Shown: positions 10,455-21,619, counted from the first letter of the stretch. The stretch is 64,000 bases of DNA from Nitrosopumilus sp. (GCA_965205675.1 OZ242186.1:32001-96000), one strand, 5' to 3'. The notes: generated by a model from the letters alone, not told the origin. Program-made: numbers and translations.

Positions 10455-12590
10455 ATGAATGAAGTAATTTTAAAAATTGATGAAAGTCCACAACAACACG
10501 TTGGAAGAGGTAGAGCAATAATTGATCCTAAAATAATTGAAGATCAAAATTGGAATACTGGGCAAATACTAGAACTAACGTATAACAAAAAAACACATGT
10601 AAAACTTTGGCCAGGTGCATCTGAAGAATATGGTTTAGGTATTATCAAAATAGATGGAATGACAAGACAAAATATTGGAGCTGGAATTGGGGATAAAATT
10701 TCATTAAAAACGGTAGAAGCAATAACTGCCGAACAAATAATTTTGTCACCTACTGAAAAGATTGCTGCAGAAGGATTGCAAGAATATATGATTTACAATT
10801 ATCTTAATCATGTGTTTACAACTGGTGATTCTATTTCTCTTAATACCCAGATGGGAGGTAGAGTTCAGTTTGTTATAACAAGTACAAAGCCATCAAAACC
10901 TGTAATTGTAACAGAAAATACTGTGTTCAAACTTGGAGTTATGACTAAAGCGATTGATTCGGCTGTTCCAAGAATCACATATGATGAACTTGGTGGTCTA
11001 AAAAATGAAGTTCAAAAAATTCGTGAAATGGTGGAATTGCCAATGAGGCATCCTGAATTATTTGATAAAATAGGTGTAGAGGCACCAAAAGGTGTTTTAT
11101 TGTATGGTCCTCCCGGTACTGGGAAAACACTACTTGCAAAAGCAGTTGCTGGTGAAACAAATGCTCATTTTATTTCACTTAGCGGGCCAGAAATAATGGG
11201 AAAGCATTATGGAGAAAGTGAAGAAAGAATCAGAGAAATCTTTACTCAGGCAGAAGAGAATTCTCCCAGTATAATTTTCATAGATGAGATTGATTCTATT
11301 GCCCCCAAAAGAGATGAAGTATCAGGTGAGCTAGAGAAAAGAGTCGTTTCACAATTGTTGACTCTAATGGATGGTATGAAATCAAGAGGAAAAGTTGTAG
11401 TTATTGCAGCTACTAACAGACCTGATTCAATTGATCCTGCACTACGAAGACCAGGTAGATTTGATAGAGAAATAGAAATTGGAATTCCAGACGATGGAGG
11501 ACGATTTGATATTCTTTCTATTCATACACGTGGTATGCCAATTGATGAGAAAGTAGATTTGAAACAAATATCAAAAACAACACATGGATTTGTAGGAGCT
11601 GATTTAGAAGTATTATCCAAAGAGGCTGCAATGAGCTCACTTCGTAGAATTCTTCCTGAAATTGATCTTGACGAAGAAAAAATTTCATCAGAAATTCTTC
11701 AAAAAATCCAAATTACTGATGAAGATTTTAGAGATGCATTAAAAGAAGTTCGACCAAGTGCACTTAGAGAAGTTCAAGTTCAAATCCCAAACACAAGTTG
11801 GGATGACGTTGGCGGTTTAGATGAATTAAAAGAAGAACTCAAGGAAGCAGTTGAATGGCCAATCAAATACAAAGATGCATATGATTATGTTGACGTAGAA
11901 ACGCCAAAAGGAATTTTGCTTTATGGTCCTCCCGGTACTGGTAAAACTCTAATTGCAAAAGCTCTTGCAAAAATGACAGAATCGAATTTTATCAGCATTA
12001 AAGGTCCTGAATTGCTCTCAAAATGGGTTGGAGAATCTGAAAAAGGAATTCGTGAAATCTTTAGAAAAGCACGACAAGTAGCACCATGTATTATTTTCTT
12101 AGATGAAGTTGATGCACTTGTTCCAAGAAGAGGTAGTGGAGGTACTGAATCTCATGTTACAGAAAATGTAGTATCTCAAATTTTAACAGAAATTGATGGA
12201 TTAGAAGAACTACACAACGTTTTGATAATTGGAGCTACAAACCGACTAGATATTGTTGATGAAGCACTTCTAAGACCCGGTAGATTTGATAGAATAATCA
12301 AGGTTCCAAATCCTGATGAAAAAGGACGACAACATATCTTTGAAATTCATACAAAGAACAAACCACTTGGAAACGATGTGAAAATCTCTGAACTGGTAAA
12401 TCTAACTAAAGATTTCAGTGGTGCCGAGATTACAGCAGTAACAAATCGAGCGGCGACTGCTGCTTTGAAGAGATACGTTGGCGCAAAATCCAAGAATGTG
12501 AAGGAGATCCAAATCACCCAATGGGATCTAACTGATGCTGTGGATAAGGTAAGACCTAAAAAGAAAGAGACACCCATACCCAATCCATAA
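10455..12590 (+). CDS. cdc48: CDC48/VCP family AAA+ ATPase
   Basis: N-domain plus two AAA modules (GPPGTGKT twice, IDE/LDE, RPGRFDR twice). Confidence 0.96.
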   Translation: MNEVILKIDESPQQHVGRGRAIIDPKIIEDQNWNTGQILELTYNKKTHVKLWPGASEEYGLGIIKIDGMTRQNIGAGIGDKISLKTVEAITAEQIILSPTEKIAAEGLQEYMIYNYLNHVFTTGDSISLNTQMGGRVQFVITSTKPSKPVIVTENTVFKLGVMTKAIDSAVPRITYDELGGLKNEVQKIREMVELPMRHPELFDKIGVEAPKGVLLYGPPGTGKTLLAKAVAGETNAHFISLSGPEIMGKHYGESEERIREIFTQAEENSPSIIFIDEIDSIAPKRDEVSGELEKRVVSQLLTLMDGMKSRGKVVVIAATNRPDSIDPALRRPGRFDREIEIGIPDDGGRFDILSIHTRGMPIDEKVDLKQISKTTHGFVGADLEVLSKEAAMSSLRRILPEIDLDEEKISSEILQKIQITDEDFRDALKEVRPSALREVQVQIPNTSWDDVGGLDELKEELKEAVEWPIKYKDAYDYVDVETPKGILLYGPPGTGKTLIAKALAKMTESNFISIKGPELLSKWVGESEKGIREIFRKARQVAPCIIFLDEVDALVPRRGSGGTESHVTENVVSQILTEIDGLEELHNVLIIGATNRLDIVDEALLRPGRFDRIIKVPNPDEKGRQHIFEIHTKNKPLGNDVKISELVNLTKDFSGAEITAVTNRAATAALKRYVGAKSKNVKEIQITQWDLTDAVDKVRPKKKETPIPNP

Positions 12591-12625
12591 AATAGTCTAA
12601 ATAGTAAGGAAAATGACGTAAAATT

Positions 12626-12844
12626 ATGAAACTCTATCTTGACTTTGAACCTTGCAAAGAATGCAACACAATGATGACTGAGCTAAGCAGCCCTGAAATG
12701 TTATTTGCAGATGATAAAACTAGAGCAGATGAATCTGCAAAATTTCTCAGACATCTAACATATAATCATAATGAAGTAGTTCAAGCTGTGATGGAAGATC
12801 TCCCAAAACAAAAAAGAAGTCAAGAGCCTGATTTTTACAAATAA
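12626..12844 (+). CDS. hypothetical protein (CxxC)
   Basis: 72-aa ORF directly after cdc48. Confidence 0.65.
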   Translation: MKLYLDFEPCKECNTMMTELSSPEMLFADDKTRADESAKFLRHLTYNHNEVVQAVMEDLPKQKRSQEPDFYK

Positions 12845-12919
12845 TCTTCTTTTTCGTTCTTAAAATTAATAATCATATTCATATACAAAAATAATATAAC
12901 ATTATTGTGAAATCATAAT

Positions 12920-13357
12920 ATGAAATCTGTCATTCTTTTTAGTATAATTGCAATACTTGGATTTGTTAGTTTTTTACAGATTACATTAGCATTTGAAACA
13001 GAACAAGAACCAGAACCTCCACAAATCCCTGAACCTAGTCCTGTACCAGAACCTATCATAATGCCAAATCCTACACCTGTACCAGAACCATTTCCAGAAG
13101 AATCTAATTCAGAAAAAATACAACGATTAACTGAAGATAATCATAAACTTAAACAACAAAACACTAATCTCCAAAGTCAGATATCTTCTCTAAAAAATGA
13201 TAACCTAAGACTACAAGATGAAATTTCTGAACTTCATAGTTCCGTACAAGATCTTAAAGAAATTACATTAGAACAAGTTCGTATCATCATGGAATTGGTA
13301 AATCAATTAAAAGAAATAATATTTGAAAAAATATTTCCTCCTACCCTAAATGTGTAG
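12920..13357 (+). CDS. secreted Pro/Glu-rich coiled-coil protein
   Basis: Signal peptide, PEP repeats, heptad region. Confidence 0.7.
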   Translation: MKSVILFSIIAILGFVSFLQITLAFETEQEPEPPQIPEPSPVPEPIIMPNPTPVPEPFPEESNSEKIQRLTEDNHKLKQQNTNLQSQISSLKNDNLRLQDEISELHSSVQDLKEITLEQVRIIMELVNQLKEIIFEKIFPPTLNV

Positions 13358-13493
13358 GATTATTTTGAGATATCTACTCAACAAAATTTAACGTTTTCCT
13401 AACCAAAATAACTCTGTTTCTAATTGTGACGTCAATCATACTAGATTCTATTGCAAACTTTTTTTAATTAATTTTTTCACCATTTATGATATA

Positions 13494-13626
13494 TAGCGAG
13501 AAGCATAAGTTTGTGAGTTATTTTTTAGGTGTTTTAATTTGTTTATTCGTATTTGCCTATAAGGTAAGATCAACTGATTTCGAGTTTTTTGAAATTATTT
13601 AGTTCACGAACTTTTGATCGTCGCTA
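13494..13626. mobile_element. MITE family B (IS630-type ends, TA duplication)
   Basis: TA-TAGCGAGAAGCATAAGTTTGTGA ... TCACGAACTTTTGATCGTCGCTA-TA; homologues at 21143 and 46398. Confidence 0.85.
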
Positions 13627-13628
13627 TA

Positions 13629-13766
13629 CCTTTCATGAATTGATTTCCAGAGGAAACTTTGGATTATCTTGTACTCTTTGACATGGTTTCATGAATTGAT
13701 TCTACGATCTAGATCTTTTGGATTAAAATACTTGATAGTTTATTCAGAATTTATATGCCTAAACTA
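13629..13766 (-). mobile_element. left-end remnant of the IS630 element found at 62445
   Basis: Reverse complement closely matches 62445-62582. Confidence 0.85.
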
Positions 13767-14091
13767 TACCATCCTCATAAAGTCTTTTGAGTTGTAATCA
13801 TTGTTTTGACATCATGCATCAGCCATATTTTGCAATAAAATAAGACTGCATTCCGTACAAACAATTTCACTTCTTTTAGATTCTGTAATTGTAAGCATCC
13901 AGTTGACACCATAATAATTTGAATAATTTTTTACTATGATAATTACTAATGATTATAAAATAAAAATAATATGATTTAGATAATTTTGTATTAAAAATCA
14001 AACTTGACAAAAAATCCCCAAAACTTTTGCTAAGCTAATTCTTAATTCCAATATAATACACAATATAATAAATATTAAAAATAATTTAGAT

Positions 14092-14283
14092 TTATTTCTT
14101 AATAGATTCTAAAGAATGTCCACGATTTGTTATCATTTGAGTAACTGCCTCAACAGTATAATCAATTCCATGCTCTTCTTCAAAATGGTTTCTTAATTTT
14201 TCAATTAAACCTACAGTTTTTTCTTCGTCGAGAATATAAGCACATTCAAAACCATAATCCTCACATCTTAATTTTAATGTCAT
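14092..14283 (-). CDS. DUF1059-like small metal-binding protein
   Basis: C-x-D-Y-G-F-E-C ... H-x-x-E-E-H-G pattern. Confidence 0.75.
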   Translation of the reverse strand: MTLKLRCEDYGFECAYILDEEKTVGLIEKLRNHFEEEHGIDYTVEAVTQMITNRGHSLESIKK

Positions 14284-14415
14284 TCAGTCTGAAAAAATTA
14301 TCGAACCTATAAAAATCATAGAGGCATCTTTCCTCATTTAAAACAGAATTAGGTACAAATCAGATCTAAATTCAAGGTAAATAGCACTAATAATGTCATA
14401 ATATTCATTGAATAT

Positions 14416-14796
14416 ATGAAAGGTCTTGAATTTGTTTTCCTTGCAATTGGATCAGTACTAGGATCTTTTCTGAGATACAAAGTAACTGAATCGCCATTAC
14501 TATTCAATACATTACCCGTGAATGTTTTGATAATCAATATTCTTGGTGCCTTTATTCTTGGTGCATTTGTTGTGCTTTCACAGCATTGGCATCTTGATGT
14601 AAGATATTCTTTGTTTGCCGCAGTAGGATTTTGTGGATCACTTACCACCATGTCATCATTTGCACTTGATTCAACTACTCTATTAGAGAATAATCATTAT
14701 GGTACACTTGCCATTAATATACTAGCTAACGTTGGGTTGTCAATCGCAGCATTAATTGGAGGAAAGTCATTAATGAGTACAATTATCAATAATTAA
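14416..14796 (+). CDS. crcB: fluoride efflux channel Fluc/CrcB
   Basis: LRY, INILGAF and GFCGSLTTMSSF signature. Confidence 0.93.
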   Translation: MKGLEFVFLAIGSVLGSFLRYKVTESPLLFNTLPVNVLIINILGAFILGAFVVLSQHWHLDVRYSLFAAVGFCGSLTTMSSFALDSTTLLENNHYGTLAINILANVGLSIAALIGGKSLMSTIINN

Positions 14797-14802
14797 TTAG
14801 AA

Positions 14803-15033
14803 ATGGTCTATTCATATCAAGTTGTAAAGTTTCAAACAATTTCTTTTGTACAAGGAAATCATTGGTCTCAATCAGTAGGAGATAAAGGAATTCTTTACAA
14901 ATCTCTTAAAGATCCATTTTCAAAACTTATTGTTCAGTCCTCTAATGGTTCAAAAAAATTGTATCGTGTTCCAAAAGATAGGACTGTTGTAGTAACAAAT
15001 GATGCTGTACACTTTTTAGGGGAACTATCTTAA
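14803..15033 (+). CDS. hypothetical protein
   Basis: 76-aa ORF 6 nt after crcB. Confidence 0.65.
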   Translation: MVYSYQVVKFQTISFVQGNHWSQSVGDKGILYKSLKDPFSKLIVQSSNGSKKLYRVPKDRTVVVTNDAVHFLGELS

Positions 15034-15306
15034 TTATTTAAAAAATTGATCAACTTGATCTCTATATTTTAATGCAATTTTTCCAAAGTCTGCAAAATCA
15101 TTTGCAGTAGGATATTTCATTTTCATTGCAAATTGATTTACAAATACAGATAATGCACTACCAATAATTAGGTTGTATACTCCATCTGCAACATTATTTG
15201 AATATGGAAATGCTACTCTAATAAATGGCAAATATGTTTCAGTCTGAGAAATCATTAATTTGATATGTTTTTCAACAAATTCTTCTACATCCGTAGGAAT
15301 CGTCAT
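15034..15306 (-). CDS. hypothetical protein
   Basis: 90-aa ORF, convergent and abutting. Confidence 0.65.
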   Translation of the reverse strand: MTIPTDVEEFVEKHIKLMISQTETYLPFIRVAFPYSNNVADGVYNLIIGSALSVFVNQFAMKMKYPTANDFADFGKIALKYRDQVDQFFK

Positions 15307-15376
15307 AACTATACTTGTATTGATTTCATATAAATAGAACTTTGACTTTTAGGCATGATGATCTTATCTGATAATT

Positions 15377-15568
15377 TCAGCCATGTAACTTTTCTTTTCT
15401 ACTTCTTGGTAAACATTCTAACTGCCTATTATAGCATGGATAAATCATTCCATCAAATTCCCTAAATATTTCACAATAATTACATCTTTTTTGTCCTAAC
15501 AGCATTCTGCCAATTTCAGTTGGAATTACAGCCTTGCACTCTTCACATTCACCTATCCAATAAGTCAC
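15377..15568 (-). CDS. small Cys-rich hypothetical protein
   Basis: CEEC and CNYC motifs. Confidence 0.4.
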   Translation of the reverse strand: MTYWIGECEECKAVIPTEIGRMLLGQKRCNYCEIFREFDGMIYPCYNRQLECLPRSRKEKLHG

Positions 15569-15673
15569 AAAGTAATAATGAACTCTCTAAAGATAAAACA
15601 TTGGCTATTCAGTATTCTACTTTTTGAATTATTTCTAAAATGAAATTTATATTACTAATTTGATTTTTTATTA

Positions 15674-15991
15674 TTGCTTGAACTGGACAAGAAAGTATTT
15701 GGAAACATTACCACTAAAGAAATTATTGGTGCTATTCCACCTGCACTTCCTGATACCAAACATAATCTTGAAAAAGAATTTACATCTTTGTTAGCCGAAT
15801 TAGAAACCCTTTCAAAAAATAGTCTTGAAAAACTCTTAGATGAACAGAAAATTGCTGAAAATCATATCAATAGTAGACCTGGTGCGATGGCATTGGCTCA
15901 AAACAAAATCCAATTATTCAATGAATATAATGAAAAATATATTCAATCAATAAAACAAACTTTAAAAGCGTATAATGAAATATTTAGATAA
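15674..15991 (+). CDS. hypothetical protein
   Basis: 105-aa ORF with HINSRPGAMALAQ motif. Confidence 0.65.
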   Translation: MLELDKKVFGNITTKEIIGAIPPALPDTKHNLEKEFTSLLAELETLSKNSLEKLLDEQKIAENHINSRPGAMALAQNKIQLFNEYNEKYIQSIKQTLKAYNEIFR

Positions 15992-16149
15992 TGGATGATG
16001 AACCAATAGATGATGCAATCTATCTTGATAAAAACTGGAAAATAGTAGATAAGGAAGATGCTGCATTTAAAAAAATATTTTTCATAGATAAAGATGGCAA
16101 TAGTGGAACACGAATATCCGAGATTATGCCAAAATTTTATCCTAGTTGA
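15991..16149 (+). CDS. small hypothetical protein (52 aa)
   Basis: TAATG stop/start overlap; MDDEPIDDAIYLDKNWKIVDK... Confidence 0.45.
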   Translation: MDDEPIDDAIYLDKNWKIVDKEDAAFKKIFFIDKDGNSGTRISEIMPKFYPS

Positions 16150-16490
16150 AAATCTAACTTTGGCACTTTAGTTTCTCTGATATTAATACCAAACATTTTC
16201 ACATCTCGAGCATGAGATATTCCCAATTTTTCTTCTTCCTGTTCTTTTGTTTTTATTTCATCTTCTAGGTCTTTTTGCTTTTGTGTAGGTTCTGTTCTTT
16301 TTGGTAGTTTTTCCCACTGTTTCTGATTAATTATTTGTGTTTCACCAAACACATCATTGACATAAATGGCAGTCTTGCACCCACAGTCACAAATAGATTC
16401 CTTAATCACATAATAATCCTCACGATATTCTGTGGAATAATCAGGTTCGTATCTGTCGGGGTTTATGTTTTGTCTAGGATATTTTGGCAA
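16137..16490 (-). CDS. hypothetical protein
   Basis: 117-aa ORF with CDCGC. Confidence 0.45.
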   Translation of the reverse strand: MPKYPRQNINPDRYEPDYSTEYREDYYVIKESICDCGCKTAIYVNDVFGETQIINQKQWEKLPKRTEPTQKQKDLEDEIKTKEQEEEKLGISHARDVKMFGINIRETKVPKLDFQLG

Positions 16491-16609
16491 ATTTTATGAT
16501 GAAATATCAGAAGCAACACCTTTGGAATAGATTCTATCAAAATTTCACTCCTCCATCTTTCAAGTAATATCCATCAATTAACATCTTTAAAAAATCAATT
16601 ATAGTTCTT

Positions 16610-17360
16610 TAACACACTAACTTATTTTAGAAATTATTAATGCCTATTGAATCTGGAGAAACGTTTTGTTCAAAATGTGGGTTTGTATTACTGAAAAACT
16701 ACAAGAATCTGGTCCAGAATGGAGATCATTTGCACAAGATGAAGGCAACAACAAAGCCCGAGCAGGTGCACCAACATCATTGACAATCCATGAATCAACT
16801 GATAGAAATCTTAGACAGGTATTTAGTAAACTAAATAGACTAAAAGATAAATTTGCAATTTCTGATTCAGTAATTGAAAAAACTGCTTGCATTTCCAGAA
16901 AAACTCTTGAGAAAGCTCTAGTTAGAGATCATTTTATTTCTGCTTTAATGGTATCTGCATATATGCCTACATACTGTGATACTTTTACACTTAGAACTCT
17001 AAAGGCTATAGAATAAGCTACAAATATCAAAAGAAAAGATATTGCAAGATGTTATCGATTATTAGTTAAAGAACTTGATTCGAATATATCAAAACTAATT
17101 CTATTCAATATGTTGCAAGTAGAATTGAGATTGCTGAAAAAACAAAACGACATGTTATCAAAATATTGAAGATATCTCAAGAAAATAAAGTCTCTGCAGG
17201 AAAAAATCCAATGGGATTAGCTGCAACAGTATTGTACATATCCCATGTTAAAATTAGTGGGATAAAACTCAGTAAGATATGGTAGAAGTAACAAACGTGA
17301 CTGAAGTGACTCAGAAATAGACATAAAGGTCTCAAAGAATCACTTGAGAACTGTAACAAT
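16610..17360 (+). pseudogene. tfb: transcription initiation factor IIB pseudogene
   Basis: ESGE..CSKCG, GPEWRSF..ARAGAPTSL, IARCYRLL, GKNPMGLAATVLY, VTEVT.RNR spread over several frames with stops. Confidence 0.9.
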
Positions 17361-17379
17361 AATTTTCATAAATATACAA

Positions 17380-18843
17380 TCAGGATTGATCAGATTTTTC
17401 TTTAACAAATCCACCTTCAATAGAATCAACTAAATCTCCAGATATTTCTTCTGTTATACCTGAATCATCTTTAGGATCTTCTGGAGGTTTAACAAATCCA
17501 CCTTCCACAGATTCTGGAGGTGGAATTTTCTTTGATTTTCCTAATCCAATTGTTGTAATAATCACTGATGATAAAATAATAAAAAATATCAATTGTGGAT
17601 ATGCATCTGCATTTGGCAATCCCATGGTAATTGGATATGTTGCAAGAACTGCAGCTGCTAAACCTCGTGGTATCATAGAATTTGTTACTGCTCTATCCAA
17701 AAGTGAAAATCTTTTTGTTAATGTTATCTTTCCAACAAACACTCTTCCAAAATAAACTGCAATTGTTATCAACACTCCAAATACAAGATATTCTATCTGT
17801 CCAAAACTAGCCATTAATCCTACAAATACAAAGAAAAATGATCTGACTAAGAATGTCAATTGATTATGTGTAGGATCATCAGTCTCGATCCTTGGAAGTT
17901 TGAATCTAAGTACACGTGAAAGATGATTTTTGTTTCCAATCATCAAACCGAATACTAATGCTGTTAATGCTCCTGATTCTCCAAATGAGTTTGCTAGAAA
18001 GAACAAAACAAACAAGACTCCCAATGTGAGCATGTAGGCATGTTGGGCATTGCCAAGCTTTGTAGATACATACATCCATGGAATTCCTACTCCGAATCCA
18101 AGAACTAAACCAACAACAATTGCTCTTCCAATGGTTTCTTGTAGAGTTTGAATATCAAAATGTCCAGCTAAAACTGCTTCAAATAGAATGAATGCAATAA
18201 TTGTCGCTAAGATATCAGTTAAAGCAGATTCAAAACTTAGCATTGATTTTGTTTCTTCTGAAATTTTGACATTTCTCACTAATCCAAACACAATTGCTGA
18301 ACTGCTTCCACCTACAATTGATCCCAACAGAATACTTTCTAACCACAACCATCCTAATCCAAAATGAGCTGCAAGAGTAATCATAACAACGGATAAAATA
18401 AAACCAAGAACTGCAAGTGTAACTGAAAAATGTGCAGTTTTGATAACATGTTTGATATCTAGATTTAGACCTCCATCAAACATGATTATAATTAACGCAA
18501 GAGCAGCAAAGTATGGAACTACTTGAATTACAGCTTCAGGTTGGATGATTCCAAATACCGGTCCAATAATTACACCAAGAATCATTAAAAATGCAACATC
18601 TGGAATGCCGGTTTTTTTGAAGAATGCTTCACCTGCCACTCCAAGAAAAATTACTACTCCCGCAGCAAGCAAAATGACATGAGCTTCAGCGATAGGTCCA
18701 TTTTGAATAGACAATGTTCCGATAGAATTTTGTAATTCTGTAATTTTATTAGAAACTACACTTGTATCAAAACTAAATAATGAAGGTGTATTTTCTGTTT
18801 GCCCTCTAAACAAATTCAAAATAGATAATATTATGAGATTCAT
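17380..18843 (-). CDS. cation:proton antiporter (NhaP/CPA1)
   Basis: Multi-TM; MFDGG, FESALTD and PRGLAAAVLA motifs. Confidence 0.9.
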   Translation of the reverse strand: MNLIILSILNLFRGQTENTPSLFSFDTSVVSNKITELQNSIGTLSIQNGPIAEAHVILLAAGVVIFLGVAGEAFFKKTGIPDVAFLMILGVIIGPVFGIIQPEAVIQVVPYFAALALIIIMFDGGLNLDIKHVIKTAHFSVTLAVLGFILSVVMITLAAHFGLGWLWLESILLGSIVGGSSSAIVFGLVRNVKISEETKSMLSFESALTDILATIIAFILFEAVLAGHFDIQTLQETIGRAIVVGLVLGFGVGIPWMYVSTKLGNAQHAYMLTLGVLFVLFFLANSFGESGALTALVFGLMIGNKNHLSRVLRFKLPRIETDDPTHNQLTFLVRSFFFVFVGLMASFGQIEYLVFGVLITIAVYFGRVFVGKITLTKRFSLLDRAVTNSMIPRGLAAAVLATYPITMGLPNADAYPQLIFFIILSSVIITTIGLGKSKKIPPPESVEGGFVKPPEDPKDDSGITEEISGDLVDSIEGGFVKEKSDQS

Positions 18844-18944
18844 TTATGACTGAATGTAAATCCATCTGGATAAAAGTTAAACTCGATAATTCAGAATTTT
18901 TAGGCTCTAACTGATTTTTAAATAACACATTCTAGTCAAATATT

Positions 18945-19487
18945 ATGAGCGCCACAAACCAACTTCGTGCTGATCATGATCAAATTCGTCGTTTAGAAAA
19001 ATTAGTATCAAAATGTGCTGATGAATTATACAAAGGCACCAAAATACCTTTTCCAGATTTAACAAAAATTGCTATAGTAATTTCAGAATTTGTTGATGCT
19101 ATTCATCATTCTAGAGAAGAAGATTCGTATTTTCCATGTGTTGCAAGTTATGATACATTAAAAGAAGAAATTAGAAAATTCATGATTGAACACGAATTTG
19201 GAAGAAACATAGCACGACAAATATTTCACCATCTTAAAAGATGGAAAGGTGGAGAAGATGCACAAGAGTCTGTATCAAGATATTTGAGAACTTATGGTGT
19301 GTTTCTAAATGATCATCTTAACAAAGAAAACAAATTTTTCGATGATGCAGAAACAAATATTCTATCTAAAGAAGAAGAAATTGAAATGTATGAACAGTAT
19401 CGTTCAGTTTTTGCTATAGTAAAAAAAGTCGATGAAATGATTGCTGAGATTGACTATTTAGAAAAACAACCTTGGGCCAAAAATTAG
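18945..19487 (+). CDS. hemerythrin HHE-domain protein
   Basis: DH, HHSREE, EH and HLNKEN motifs. Confidence 0.85.
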   Translation: MSATNQLRADHDQIRRLEKLVSKCADELYKGTKIPFPDLTKIAIVISEFVDAIHHSREEDSYFPCVASYDTLKEEIRKFMIEHEFGRNIARQIFHHLKRWKGGEDAQESVSRYLRTYGVFLNDHLNKENKFFDDAETNILSKEEEIEMYEQYRSVFAIVKKVDEMIAEIDYLEKQPWAKN

Positions 19488-19518
19488 CGTAAGCTCTTTA
19501 TGGGTTATTCAGATATTT

Positions 19519-20040
19519 TTGTTCATGAAACCTTTCATTCTTTGGATGACTGGTCTTCCTTGTTCAGGAAAGACTACAATCGTAAAAGATTTACAAAAAG
19601 ATATTCCAAACTTGGCAATGCTTGATGGTGATGAACTAAGAGAATGGTTATCTCCAAAAGATTTCTCAAAAGCTGGACGTGATGAACACAACAAAAAAGT
19701 CGCTCATTTGGCAAAGCTCTTGTTAAAACACGATGTTCCAAGTGCAGTGTCTCTTGTATCTCCATATCTTGAGAACAGAGAAAATGCTAGAGAGATTATT
19801 GATGTAGGTAATCAGTTTGCAGAATGTTATGTAAAATGCTCACTTGAAAAATGTGAAGAAAGAGATGTTAAAGGTATGTATGCTAAAGCAAGAAAAGGAG
19901 AAATCAAAGGATTTACAGGAATCGATGATCCTTATGAGGCTCCAGAAAAAGCAGATTTAGTAGTTGATACAGAATATAACTCACTTTCAGATAGTGCAAA
20001 CAAAGTAAAGGATTTCCTCAAAGGAAGAAACCTACTCTAA
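19519..20040 (+). CDS. cysC: adenylyl-sulfate kinase
   Basis: TGLPCSGKTT, LDGD, RDVKGMY, FTGIDDPYE. Confidence 0.95.
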   Translation: MFMKPFILWMTGLPCSGKTTIVKDLQKDIPNLAMLDGDELREWLSPKDFSKAGRDEHNKKVAHLAKLLLKHDVPSAVSLVSPYLENRENAREIIDVGNQFAECYVKCSLEKCEERDVKGMYAKARKGEIKGFTGIDDPYEAPEKADLVVDTEYNSLSDSANKVKDFLKGRNLL

Positions 20041-20847
20041 TTTTTTAAATTCTTCAACTATTTTATCATGAACTAATCCATTTGTTACTAAAATTCCATT
20101 TTGATGACACACATCTTTATTGTTATATGTAATATCGTTTCCTGACATGTCAGTCATTTTTCCACCAGCTTCTGAAATTATACAATATGAAGCAGCCGAA
20201 TCCCACTCTTTCATTTTATTTGTAGTTGTAATGTATGCTTCAGCTTCTCCCGAACTAATCTTTCCAACTTTTAATGAACTTCCAATACTTGCAAAATTTT
20301 CAATACCTAATTTTTTAATAAATAATTTTTCTCTGTCTGATAAATGATGTCTTGAACCAATAGTTCTGCATTTAGAAATTTCTGAAATCTGAGTTACAGA
20401 AATTTTATTCCATTTACCATTTGAAAATCTAAACGCCCCATTTTCTTTTTGTGCAGCAAACAATGTTTTTTCTGTAGGCCAGCTAATTACTCCTAGAATT
20501 GGTTTATTGTTTTTGATTAATGCAATCATCACTGTAAATTCTCCGGTTTTATCAATGAAATCCGAAGTTCCATCCAAGGGATCTACAATCCAAATTGTAT
20601 CTTGTGACAACCTACTTAGATCATCTTTATCCTCCTCAGATAGAATCTGATGTTTTGTTTGAGATAAAATTCTTTTAATAATTTCATTACTCTTTAAATC
20701 TGCATCTGTTACTGGGGAATCATCATTTTTTATAGATGTTTTATAATCACTATTGTAAATCTCCAAAATTCCATCTCCCGCCTCTTTTGCAGCCTGGATT
20801 GCAACATCCAGTTCTGGAATCTTATGAGAAATTGGAATATCTTTCAA
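20032..20847 (-). CDS. cysQ: 3'(2'),5'-bisphosphate nucleotidase CysQ
   Basis: SPVTDAD, LSEE, WIVDPLDGT, EWDSAA. Confidence 0.92.
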   Translation of the reverse strand: MKDIPISHKIPELDVAIQAAKEAGDGILEIYNSDYKTSIKNDDSPVTDADLKSNEIIKRILSQTKHQILSEEDKDDLSRLSQDTIWIVDPLDGTSDFIDKTGEFTVMIALIKNNKPILGVISWPTEKTLFAAQKENGAFRFSNGKWNKISVTQISEISKCRTIGSRHHLSDREKLFIKKLGIENFASIGSSLKVGKISSGEAEAYITTTNKMKEWDSAASYCIISEAGGKMTDMSGNDITYNNKDVCHQNGILVTNGLVHDKIVEEFKKLE

Positions 20848-20856
20848 TTGAAATAC

Positions 20857-21063
20857 CTAAGTTGTAAGTTCTGGTTTTAGTGTCCAGACAACTCCTAGAA
20901 CAATGAATGGAATTGACATTACTCCTATGATGGCAAGTAGTGTATTGAATTGTGTTTCTGATACTTCAGGATTATTTACTATCCAAGGCAATGGCAATGT
21001 AATTACTATCCAAATAATTCCTAAAAGCATGATTAATTTTGCCTTGGATTTTCTATCTTTCAT
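20857..21063 (-). CDS. small two-TM membrane protein
   Basis: Two hydrophobic helices. Confidence 0.7.
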   Translation of the reverse strand: MKDRKSKAKLIMLLGIIWIVITLPLPWIVNNPEVSETQFNTLLAIIGVMSIPFIVLGVVWTLKPELTT

Positions 21064-21142
21064 CAGTTTTTCTCCTTTAGAGTTGTATTAAATTCATGTG
21101 AATTCATTTTATTGATTTTTCACATCTACTGTAAGAATTGTA

Positions 21143-21272
21143 TAGTGAAAAGACAAAGTTTGTGAACTAAATAATTCCAAGAAACTGAATCAGTTGATTT
21201 TATCTAAAGATAAGTAGTAATAAATAAATTGTAACATCTGAGAAATAACTCACAAACTTGTAATTCTCGCTA
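21143..21272. mobile_element. MITE family B, diverged copy in opposite orientation
   Basis: TA-TAGTGAAAAGACAAAGTTTGTGAACTAAATAATT ... AATAACTCACAAACTTGTAATTCTCGCTA-TA. Confidence 0.75.
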
Positions 21273-21619
21273 TATACCTATAGTCCAAATGCATCCTCTA
21301 ATGCAAAACACAATACTATTTTGCATATCTCTTCAAAATACTTGTTTGGAAGTATTACTGCAAAAATTTCAGATAATAATTAAATTTGTTTTAACCAGTT
21401 AATTTGTATTTGATTTTTCACAATACAATATGTTTTCACAAGTAAAAAAGACAAATAAGATCATATTAAAATATTGGATAAACTATTTTTCTTTATTGAA
21501 ATTTTGCCCAACATGTAGTTCTAGCTTGACTAGAAAAAATAAATGCATGTGTAATGCTGATATTGATTTATCTATTAATGAGAAAAGTAATTCAAATTAA
21601 TCTTAATTAATCTTATTCA

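Larger units (their letters stand above)
13385..13920 (-). pseudogene. tfb: transcription initiation factor IIB remnant, centre replaced by a MITE and an IS630 end
   Basis: N-terminal Zn-ribbon ..ESKRSEIVCTECSLILLQNMADA (13770-13900) and C-terminal INGEKIN*KKF..VTIRNR (13390-13490). Confidence 0.7.

Noticed and set aside
14284-14415. Fluoride riboswitch upstream of crcB
   Set aside because: No GGCGATG..TCGCC / CTGATGA-type consensus visible
21280-21600. Possible gene remnant
   Set aside because: No frame gave a recognisable protein
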